A stretch of DNA of 64,000 bases from an uncultured Alphaproteobacteria bacterium (GTDB lineage: Bacteria > Pseudomonadota > Alphaproteobacteria > CAAHEQ01 > UBA3637), in NCBI GenBank assembly GCA_944392555.1, contig CALXWZ010000006.1, positions 5,543 through 69,542 on the forward strand, written 5' to 3'. The notes below the pieces were generated by a model that was not told the DNA's origin, did not search any database, and saw only the letters and a list, made by a program, of their open reading frames with translations. This document shows, one piece after another, positions 48,019-56,047 of this stretch. The position numbers and the translations under genes were made by a program. Each line of letters starts with the position of its first letter. Position 1 is the first letter of the stretch.

Positions 48019-49998
48019 TTATCTTGTCGCCAATGTTGCGCTTTTTGCTTTCTCAATAGAATCTTGCAAATCCGACGCATTGTCTTTATTCGTAATATTC
48101 TCACCTAACGGTTTTTTCTTACTTTCTTGCGAATCGGCAAGTTTTTCTAACCGTTCAAGGATTTGTTCTTTATCAGTCAAATCCAACTCATCTTCTTTTG
48201 ATGATGAATTATCCTTTTTGGCAAGAGCGGATTTAGATTTTTGCTTGGAAGCGCCCTTCTTCCCGGAAGATTTACCCGATGCGGATTTCTTACCGGATTT
48301 TCCGGAAGCGCCTTCATTCTCCGTCGATATCTCATTACTTTCTTTTGCACCGTTTTCACTCGCCAAAGTAGCCGCATTTCCGAGAATCTGTTTCAGCGAT
48401 GCCTCCTCTGCCGAAAGTTTCTGTGTCTGCTCCTTTTGGCGCTTCATTTCAACTTGTGCGGCATTTGCCAATTCTTCCGAACGTAAACGTTTCTTTTCAT
48501 CTGAAGCAAGTAAAGATTGCTTATCTTTTTCAAGCAAATCGCTCAAATCCGATTTTTTATAGAATTGACAATCATTGCTTGAAACGGCCAATAATGCCGG
48601 ATTATAATGATGTGCATGCGTATCCACACCTAAGTGATTCATCGTTGCTAATCCTTCCCGCGCAAATGCAGCCCACGGGAAATCGGCTCCCGGATCCGCT
48701 TTTCTGCCGGGTGCAATATCGGAATGCGCTACCACGTGTTCGGCAGGAATTCCGTGCCGTTCTTTAATATCTTTTACCAATGCCATTGCCGAGGCAATTT
48801 GCTCTTTTGTTAACGGTTCATTCGGACCACGTTGTATCTCAATACCGATAGAAGCCGTATTGCAAGAATCCGTAATTCCGAGCGGTGGGAAACGCGAATC
48901 ACCTGCATGCCAAGCCGAGTATCCCTCGGGCAAGAATTGATGGATAGTGCCGTCTCTGTCAATCACATAATGCGCACTCACCTTTGAATAAGGTGATTGA
49001 AATGTTGCTTTTGTGGATTGATAGGAAGGACTTTCCGTTGTATGTAAAACAATCATTTGCGGTTTCTGTCCGTTTCGGCTACCGAAATTGCAACTGACGT
49101 CCGACGTTGATACTTTTAACGTTTTTGAATCCGGTTGGAATCTATCGAGACCAATACCTGCCGGCACAAACGGCGTCGGCATTGAATAGCCACGTGAACG
49201 CCCTAATGATACACTGCGATAACGCGGATAAACGGGGGCATACGGCGCACTGCGGGAACCATCATAGAATGCACCCTGCGGAATCACGCCGGTAAACAAT
49301 TTTGCCGGAGATTGGCTTCCGATACCACACATCCCCACGGCCACATTTTGATATCCGAGCGCAAAGCGTTCAATTTCTTCCTCACTCACTTCCATACCGT
49401 ATGCCGCCATACACGAGCGATACAAAAGCGCCAGCTCATCTTTACTGAGTTCACAATCCGTTCCGTTCAAATATGCATATTGTTCAATCATCTGCTCGGC
49501 AATTAAGGCTGCCACGGTGCGCGGATCCGCATTCGGGTTAATCTGAAATGCCTGTTCAATCAAAATACCCATTTCAATCGCTCGCCCGCGCACGGCAGCT
49601 CGCTCCCGATTCGGATTATCCGTAATGGCACGATAAACGGCTTGCATATCATGCTCATTCATCGCATTTTGAATCATTCCCCAGTTGCCTTGATAAGTTG
49701 TATCCAAAATTGCTGCTTGATAACAGGGAAGTAAATTATCAAAATCTTTAAACTTCGTGCGACATTTTTCATTGATTTTAACAGCCATTTCCTGTTTGGC
49801 TAAATCAACTGCCAGCTCTTCCGTAATGGTATTTGCTCTGTAATTTAGCGTATTGTAGCCGGGGCGCGTTACGGTTCCGTATCCGATTGTTTCAATACCA
49901 CCGCTATCTTTGTATTCCGTTAAGTAAGCACCTCGCAAATGCCCTGCTTCACCCCGTTGTATTAAATAAAACCCATAGTCTACAACATTTCCGACCAT
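48019..49998 (-). CDS. Bifunctional peptidoglycan hydrolase: GH24-like lysozyme + Amidase_2 (AmpD/PGRP-type) + K/S/E-rich disordered tail
   Basis: N-terminus QRGEAGHLRGAYLTEYKDSGGIETIGYG (phage-lysozyme-like). Middle region IVLHTTES...AHYVIDRDG...SAWHAG...IGIEI...AHSDIAPGRKADPG (zinc amidase). About 170 aa of low-complexity tail. No signal peptide. Confidence 0.8.
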   Translation of the reverse strand: MVGNVVDYGFYLIQRGEAGHLRGAYLTEYKDSGGIETIGYGTVTRPGYNTLNYRANTITEELAVDLAKQEMAVKINEKCRTKFKDFDNLLPCYQAAILDTTYQGNWGMIQNAMNEHDMQAVYRAITDNPNRERAAVRGRAIEMGILIEQAFQINPNADPRTVAALIAEQMIEQYAYLNGTDCELSKDELALLYRSCMAAYGMEVSEEEIERFALGYQNVAVGMCGIGSQSPAKLFTGVIPQGAFYDGSRSAPYAPVYPRYRSVSLGRSRGYSMPTPFVPAGIGLDRFQPDSKTLKVSTSDVSCNFGSRNGQKPQMIVLHTTESPSYQSTKATFQSPYSKVSAHYVIDRDGTIHQFLPEGYSAWHAGDSRFPPLGITDSCNTASIGIEIQRGPNEPLTKEQIASAMALVKDIKERHGIPAEHVVAHSDIAPGRKADPGADFPWAAFAREGLATMNHLGVDTHAHHYNPALLAVSSNDCQFYKKSDLSDLLEKDKQSLLASDEKKRLRSEELANAAQVEMKRQKEQTQKLSAEEASLKQILGNAATLASENGAKESNEISTENEGASGKSGKKSASGKSSGKKGASKQKSKSALAKKDNSSSKEDELDLTDKEQILERLEKLADSQESKKKPLGENITNKDNASDLQDSIEKAKSATLATR

Positions 49999-50029
49999 TT
50001 ATACCTCCGTTATCAAACTACCTTATTTC

Positions 50030-50057
50030 ATTTTACCATATTCCGAAAAATTTTCAA
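50030..50057 (-). promoter_or_regulatory. Putative promoter of the hydrolase gene: TTGAAA-16 nt-(TGg)TAAAAT
   Basis: On the minus strand, -35 is the complement of 50052-50057 and -10 the complement of 50030-50035, with an extended TGG. SD ACGGAGG precedes ATG 49998. Confidence 0.5.
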
Positions 50058-50140
50058 CAATTTTTTAGACGCAAAAAACTTTTCTTACCTGTCAGATTTT
50101 AACACATTGATTTATATTCTTTTTCTATTTCTCACATTCT

Positions 50141-50180
50141 AAAAAAAATACACTGCCGAAACAACGGCAATGTATTTTAT
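50141..50180. terminator. Bidirectional-looking intrinsic terminator downstream of the LuxR-type gene
   Basis: ATACACTGCCG...CGGCAATGTAT hairpin (one mismatch) flanked by A8 and T4. Confidence 0.6.
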
Positions 50181-50226
50181 TTGATATATATCTGATAAAT
50201 TTAATTTACGTTTATGTCACTTTGAT

Positions 50227-50472
50227 TTATATAAAGTTCATTTCTTTTGCTTTCAATAAAATTTGCACACGATTTTGAACTTTAAATGCACGCAACAATG
50301 AACTAATATGCATTTTTATCGTCGGCTCGGCAACACCTAATTCATGCGCAATTTGCTTATTGGAAAGGCCGTGTCCCAACTGTTGTAAAACAGCCACCTG
50401 CCGTTCCGATAAATACGTACCGTTGCCGAGCGCATATTCTTCCCGCCGATACGGTTTTGCTTCTTTTTCCAT
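50227..50472 (-). CDS. Stand-alone LuxR/GerE-type HTH regulator (81 aa)
   Basis: LSERQVAVLQQLGHGLSNKQIAHELGVAEPTIKMHISSLLRAF is a LuxR_C-like HTH. No receiver or ligand-binding domain. Confidence 0.75.
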   Translation of the reverse strand: MEKEAKPYRREEYALGNGTYLSERQVAVLQQLGHGLSNKQIAHELGVAEPTIKMHISSLLRAFKVQNRVQILLKAKEMNFI

Positions 50473-50483
50473 CCGATGCTCCT

Positions 50484-50747
50484 TTATACGTTTTCTTGTT
50501 CCATTTTTTTCAGTTTTTCTTCTTTATGAGCAATTTTGCGCGATAATAAATCCAACATTGTTTCGTGACCGTTTTGTTTTGCCCAATCTTGCAACATATA
50601 TAACATATTTAATTTTTGACGCTTGGTTTCAAGAATATAATTTTTTAAATCTTGTGGCAATTCGGGCCAACTCTCGCATAATTCTTTCTTTAACATCTTT
50701 TTTTCTTCAGGCGTTAATTTTGTATTTTGATTCATTGAAATATCCAT
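50484..50747 (-). CDS. Hypothetical small helical protein, probably co-transcribed with the LuxR-type gene
   Basis: 87-aa ORF ending 11 nt upstream of the LuxR-type start. Charged and helical, with no motif recognised. Confidence 0.5.
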   Translation of the reverse strand: MDISMNQNTKLTPEEKKMLKKELCESWPELPQDLKNYILETKRQKLNMLYMLQDWAKQNGHETMLDLLSRKIAHKEEKLKKMEQENV

Positions 50748-50992
50748 GCTTTCCTCCTGCTAAATCTAATATAAAATGATAAACAAAATAGACGAACAAC
50801 CCGCATACACATAAACACAATAATAACAATCTCAGAGAAAATTGCATAACGTCCGCCCCTTTCGTTCACTGCTTTTCACAGTTATCAAGTATGTATTTAA
50901 AAAAGGATTGTCAAGAGAATTTATTTAAAAAAAATTGTAATTTCAATAACATACAAATATACACATCTTATATTTTTTATATTAAATAACAA

Positions 50993-51017
50993 AATACGCC
51001 GTTTAAAACGGCGTATT
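50993..51017. terminator. Intrinsic terminator after gltX
   Basis: 9-bp stem AATACGCCG/CGGCGTATT with loop TTTAAAA, flanked by A- and T-runs. Confidence 0.7.
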
Positions 51018-51056
51018 TTCATTTTTCAACCAAAGCAAGTATAACCGATTTAAATT

Positions 51057-52697
51057 TTACAAGCGATTCAATACCCGTTCGCTACCCATTACGGACATAA
51101 TCGCATGCAAATCAGGGCTTTGTGTTCTTCCCGTAATAAACACACGCAACACATTCGCAATATCCGAAACATTGCCCTTATAAGCGCTCGGGTTTTCTTT
51201 ATAAGCCTTCATTTCGGTTGCAAATCCATGTTTGCCGGCAATGGTTTTAATTTTTTCAAACCACGTATTTTTATCGTCATTCACATCAAAAACGGCTTTA
51301 AACTCTTCGGCAATTTTTGTCATCTCATCAACGGATAAATGCAATTCCTCCGTAAAGGAATCAATATCACGCGTAAAGGTATCATCAAAGAAATAAGAAA
51401 TATCGGATTCCAAATCTTCCCACTTGACTAAATCTTTGCGCGATTTTTTGCCGATATTACGCTCAATATTTAAAATTTTCGTAATATATTCTCTATTATT
51501 TTGCATTTTTTCCGCATAAGCCGGACGGTAAGTCTTTGCCCATGTCAAAATGGCCTCAAAAACCTCGTTTGCCGTCATTTTCGCAATCACTTCTTTAGAA
51601 ATACTATGTAATTTTTGGAAGTCAAACAACGCACCCGCCGTATTTGAAATTTTATTAAAATTCAATGGGAAATCAAATGCTTTTTTATCTGGGTTCGTCC
51701 GACGCCAATCTTCAAAAGAAGCGTTAATTAAATTGAAGATGTATTCCACCAATGCCTCTTCGGGATACCCTTTTTCCCAAAAATACATGATGTTTGCTTC
51801 CGGGTCATGCCGTTTGGAAAGTTTCCGCTTATTGCCGTTATCCAATTTTTGCAACGGCGCATAATGCCCATACTTCGGCGCTTTCCACCCCAAAGCAACA
51901 AATAATTGAATATGCAACGGCACGGATGAGACCCATTCATCACCCCGAATCACGTGCGTTGTTCCCATTAAATGATCATCTACCGCATGCGCAAAGTGAT
52001 ATGTCGGCAATCCATCGCCTTTCAAAATAACGATATCCAAATCATTTTCAGGCATATTAATATCACCCTTTAAAAGGTCTTTAATAACCATTCTCTTTTC
52101 ATTATTGCCGGGTGATTTAAAACGCAAAACCCATGGCTTTCCGGCATTTAAATTATCCAACACTTCATCATCCGATAAATTGCGACAATGCGCATATTTA
52201 CCGTAATACCCCGGACGTTGCCCTTGCTTTTCTTGAATTTTGCGCATTAAATCCAAATCTTCCGCGGCACAAAAACAAGGATACGCCAATCCTTCTTCCA
52301 ATAGTTTCTTGGCATACGCTTGATAGATTTCTTTTCGTTCGCTTTGAATATAAGGTGCATAAGGTCCGTAATTTTTCCCATCCTTGTCAACACCTTCATC
52401 AGCAACAATACCATAGCGTGCCAACGAATTACAAATCACTTCCGTAGCACCTTCCACCTTGCGTTTTTGGTCGGTATCCTCAATACGCAGGAAAAACACC
52501 CCGCCACTCTGGTGCGCAACACGTTCCGAAACCAATGCCGCATAAATACCGCCGATGTGCATAAATCCCGTCGGGCTTGGAGCAACCCGTGTGACTTTCT
52601 GCCCCGGTTGCAAAGCCCGTGGCGGATATTTTGCCTCAATTTCTGCCACGCTCGGCAGTGGATTAGGAAACATTTTTGCAATAATTTCAGGTGTCAT
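51057..52697 (-). CDS. gltX: Glutamate--tRNA ligase (class I, long form)
   Basis: PSPTGFMHIGG (HIGH motif), RIEDTD and KLSKRH (KMSKS motif). Start ATG 52697 (AAGGA 7 nt upstream) preferred over TTG 52715. Confidence 0.85.
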   Translation of the reverse strand: MTPEIIAKMFPNPLPSVAEIEAKYPPRALQPGQKVTRVAPSPTGFMHIGGIYAALVSERVAHQSGGVFFLRIEDTDQKRKVEGATEVICNSLARYGIVADEGVDKDGKNYGPYAPYIQSERKEIYQAYAKKLLEEGLAYPCFCAAEDLDLMRKIQEKQGQRPGYYGKYAHCRNLSDDEVLDNLNAGKPWVLRFKSPGNNEKRMVIKDLLKGDINMPENDLDIVILKGDGLPTYHFAHAVDDHLMGTTHVIRGDEWVSSVPLHIQLFVALGWKAPKYGHYAPLQKLDNGNKRKLSKRHDPEANIMYFWEKGYPEEALVEYIFNLINASFEDWRRTNPDKKAFDFPLNFNKISNTAGALFDFQKLHSISKEVIAKMTANEVFEAILTWAKTYRPAYAEKMQNNREYITKILNIERNIGKKSRKDLVKWEDLESDISYFFDDTFTRDIDSFTEELHLSVDEMTKIAEEFKAVFDVNDDKNTWFEKIKTIAGKHGFATEMKAYKENPSAYKGNVSDIANVLRVFITGRTQSPDLHAIMSVMGSERVLNRL

Positions 52698-52824
52698 TTT
52701 CTTATCCTTTTTCAATTCAAAAATAATATATCATCATTTATTTTAAGTGGAAACAGTTATACAAAAAGAGTGGCTTCTTGTCAACAAAAAAGAGCGTCCC
52801 TCATTCTTTACTGTTTTGTTTTCC

Positions 52825-54015
52825 TTATTGTATCAACCGATACACTCCCTCTTTTTCTTTTTTAAACGTTTCAACGCCCCAGCGATCCCATTTAAGCCGA
52901 ATAAGCGAATCCGTTTCTTCTATAATAGTGGCCGCATCTTTATCTATGCACTTAACAATGCGCTTATTTTCTTCCCGCTTAAAATAACTTTCCCACTGCG
53001 TATGTATAAACAATTCTTCTCCAAAACAAAACAGTTCGGCTACTTTCTGATACAATTCTTCCTTATAGGGTGAGCGAGAAGCATATTCCCAAAACAGTTT
53101 ATTCCACAGCGATGTTTTTTCTTGCCCGGGGTAAGAATAATCCCATGGCTTTACATTTCCCGAGTAATGAATAATATGCGGTAATTCATCCGGCTTTTCC
53201 GCAAATTGTATTTCAAAGTTATATGTATATGGGAATTGATGAGCTGTCAATGCGTATGTTCCATTCAATACATCTTGATCATACAAAGGCGGATGCCCTA
53301 ATTTTTTGAGCGTGCGAAGTAATTTTTGCGTATAATTTTCTTTTCTGGCTTTAACTAAATCAACCAGCAATACGCCGGCATTAAAATATCGGCTTGTATC
53401 ATCTATTCCCAAACTGGAACGCATATAATCGCCACGTAAGTTTTTATACTGAATGTCTGCTCCCGGCGTCTGTGCTGCAACACCCAGCAAACTTCCCTGC
53501 AAATCCATATTATATAAATTTGCTACATCATCCAAAATAATCAGATCCCCATCCAAATACAAAATTTTTTGGTATTGCGGAAATAATTGTGGCACAAAAA
53601 ACCGAAAATAGGTTGCAACCGAAAAATAGTCGTCCGTCGGAAATTTCATACGCTTAATGACTGGTAAAATCTCCGCAATCGGAAGAAAGGTGATACGTAT
53701 ATTTTGATAAGATTTAAAAAAATCAATTAATCTTTTTTGTGTTTCTTCCAAAACATCATCCGCAATAATATAGATATGATACAGATTTTCGGAATGCGTA
53801 TGTTCCGCAAGCGATGTAATTGCCACCCCTAAATACGGCATATACCGCTCATCTGCCGCAAATACAATCGGGATTTCTCTGCCCGCACGCGGACTGTATA
53901 AAAATGAACTTCCGCATAATATCAACAAGACAACAAGAGCAACATATTTCAGCCGATTTTTGGTTTGCAAAAACTTCTTGAAAACAGGCCTTATCTTTTT
54001 ATACCACTTGTTCAC
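52825..54015 (-). CDS. Family 8 glycosyltransferase with N-terminal TM segment and extra C-terminal domain
   Basis: IVFAADERYMPYLGVAITS, the DxD in YLDGDLIIL and FNAGVLLVD are typical of GT8 (RfaJ/LgtC-like). GTG start with GAGGGG upstream. Confidence 0.8.
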   Translation of the reverse strand: MNKWYKKIRPVFKKFLQTKNRLKYVALVVLLILCGSSFLYSPRAGREIPIVFAADERYMPYLGVAITSLAEHTHSENLYHIYIIADDVLEETQKRLIDFFKSYQNIRITFLPIAEILPVIKRMKFPTDDYFSVATYFRFFVPQLFPQYQKILYLDGDLIILDDVANLYNMDLQGSLLGVAAQTPGADIQYKNLRGDYMRSSLGIDDTSRYFNAGVLLVDLVKARKENYTQKLLRTLKKLGHPPLYDQDVLNGTYALTAHQFPYTYNFEIQFAEKPDELPHIIHYSGNVKPWDYSYPGQEKTSLWNKLFWEYASRSPYKEELYQKVAELFCFGEELFIHTQWESYFKREENKRIVKCIDKDAATIIEETDSLIRLKWDRWGVETFKKEKEGVYRLIQ

Positions 54016-54197
54016 AAAACCCCTCTTCTATATTATCTCTCTGCTTGTTTGGCGCACCTTTTCGGCTGATAAATCATCAAGCAAATCCGTATTAATGTTT
54101 CTTTCGTTTGATTAACCCTATTTTACCAAATCAACGCGATCATCTTTACACAGAGAGCCATATCCCCTTCATTAATCACAAAGATACTTACAGGCAA

Positions 54198-56024
54198 TTA
54201 AATGCTGTTTCTATCTAATTGATTTGAATCATACTTATTTGCACCCGTTGATTTATCAATATCATCATATACGCAATACGTCTGAGCCAAAGCCGTCACG
54301 TCAGTACGTACCGTTTCATCGGGATAATAGAAATTCACCGTCCATTCGCTCGCAGAAGCTGTTTGATCCGAATTGGCAACATTCCCTGTTTCATAACCGG
54401 ATTCTTTTGAATCGATTTTAACAAGAATACCCGCATTTGCTACCGAGATTTCATCTGAAACACCATCCGTTCCCGCAGCCATTTTTACTTCTTGTTCATC
54501 TACGGTAAAACGGTGATTATGGTCACCTGCACTGCCATCTTCATCTTCCGTATAAGATGAAAATTCTTCCGTTTTTAACTTGCCTTGAATATCCGTAGCC
54601 GTAATACGCACTTTTTCCCAATTGACGGGCGTTACGATAATCGCGGGCGCGTATCCTTTCGGGCAAGCCGGCATAGATACCTTATCACCTCCGGAAACAG
54701 ACTGAACCGTTTTACTGATATAATTCGGTAAAATTTCGCTCAATCTGGCTCCTCCGCGGGATTCAAGCCGTATATCTTTCATAACAGAGGTATACACCGG
54801 ATCAATCTTATACGCTACATCCTCACCTTCCGCCGAGCTGGCCTTTTCCGCCTTAATGTTGGAAGTTAATGCTCCCTCGCCCAGTGTGAGCGTTTCAACT
54901 TCATCCGACGTCAAAGACCTTAATCCCGTCGTTCCCAAATCTCTGTTTGTTTTTGAGATAACTTCTCCTTTTCCGTTAATGATAACACGCGCTGTTCCAT
55001 CAGTATCGTAGACTTCTATCCGATTGTTTTTAGATGTTTCCGTTGACGTATCATCCGTTCCGTAGGCAAAAATCCCGACGGCTTGCTTATTTTCATCGGC
55101 ACTGTCGCTGTTTCTAAACCCGATAACAAGCCCTCTTTTGGCATAAACCAATCCGGCTGTTGAGTTATCCGTTGTTTCACCCGATGAACCGACCCAGAAT
55201 AACGGATCGCATGCGCCCGAATTACCGCCGACACCGTATATTTCATCATCAACGGCTGTATAACCATCCGTGCCGACTTCCATCGTATTATGCTTTTTCG
55301 TATAGCAATTCTCGCCACCCACGCCGACCGAGAAATAATCGGCGGAATGTAATTTCTGGAATGCCAAATTATCCGGAATGGTCACAAATCCGGAGCTGTA
55401 ATCTTCCACAATATATTCGGGAACATACGTATCCATTCCCGTTGTGGCAACATATATCGCTGTTACGCCGTCAACCATTGCGCCGTCCAAATCAGATTTT
55501 AATTGCGCAAAATCGCTGTTCAATTCGTCAACGGTCACATGCCATCCGCCGGCCACACCATCCAAAGCGCTATCCGCTCCGCCCCGATAAATACCACCGT
55601 CGGCACCGATAATGTTTGCAATCCGCGCCGCTCTCTTCAACCCCATTTTTTCAGGAATGGATGAGATATTCGGCACGATAAATCCTTCCAAAAAGTTCGG
55701 TTCACCGCCAATCAAACAAAGCGTTAAGTTATAGCCATCATTTGTATCTTCCATACCCCATGGCAAATAGTCATCCAACACTTCATTATTTAAGCGTGCG
55801 CACCCCTCGCCCCGCATCATGAGAGCTTGTTTGTTGGTCAAAATATAGGCTGCAAACGCCTCTTTAACGGCACGCACCTCTGAGGCAATGTTAATATTTT
55901 CAACTTCCTCATTCCGTGAAAGAACCTGTCTGAACAATAACGGTCCCAAAACACCGAGCAAAGCAATCACCGCGATCACTTCTACGATAATTGCGCCTCT
56001 TTCGTTCTCTTTTAAATTTCTCAT
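54198..56024 (-). CDS. Large (608 aa) protein with canonical prepilin-type N-terminal cleavage/methylation signal
   Basis: MRNLKENERG/AIIVEVIAVIALLGVLGPLLF: short charged leader, Gly-1, Glu+5 and a 20-residue hydrophobic helix. SD GGAGAGGA upstream. The remainder is G/D/T-rich with no family recognised. Confidence 0.7.
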   Translation of the reverse strand: MRNLKENERGAIIVEVIAVIALLGVLGPLLFRQVLSRNEEVENINIASEVRAVKEAFAAYILTNKQALMMRGEGCARLNNEVLDDYLPWGMEDTNDGYNLTLCLIGGEPNFLEGFIVPNISSIPEKMGLKRAARIANIIGADGGIYRGGADSALDGVAGGWHVTVDELNSDFAQLKSDLDGAMVDGVTAIYVATTGMDTYVPEYIVEDYSSGFVTIPDNLAFQKLHSADYFSVGVGGENCYTKKHNTMEVGTDGYTAVDDEIYGVGGNSGACDPLFWVGSSGETTDNSTAGLVYAKRGLVIGFRNSDSADENKQAVGIFAYGTDDTSTETSKNNRIEVYDTDGTARVIINGKGEVISKTNRDLGTTGLRSLTSDEVETLTLGEGALTSNIKAEKASSAEGEDVAYKIDPVYTSVMKDIRLESRGGARLSEILPNYISKTVQSVSGGDKVSMPACPKGYAPAIIVTPVNWEKVRITATDIQGKLKTEEFSSYTEDEDGSAGDHNHRFTVDEQEVKMAAGTDGVSDEISVANAGILVKIDSKESGYETGNVANSDQTASASEWTVNFYYPDETVRTDVTALAQTYCVYDDIDKSTGANKYDSNQLDRNSI

Positions 56025-56047
56025 GGGTCCTCTCCTCTCGTCTTTAT

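Noticed and set aside
47984-48562. 192-aa plus-strand ORF (S/F/L/C-rich).
   Set aside because: It lies antisense to the K/S/E-rich low-complexity tail of the hydrolase gene 48019-49998. Its composition is the mirror image of that repeat. It has no SD, and the minus-strand frame continues into clear lysozyme and amidase domains.
48019-50747. Prophage or GTA remnant, suggested by the lysozyme/amidase gene.
   Set aside because: There are no holin, terminase, capsid, tail, integrase or repressor genes on either side. The flanking genes are chromosomal (hemY-like and gltX). I kept it only as an alternative explanation in the finding.
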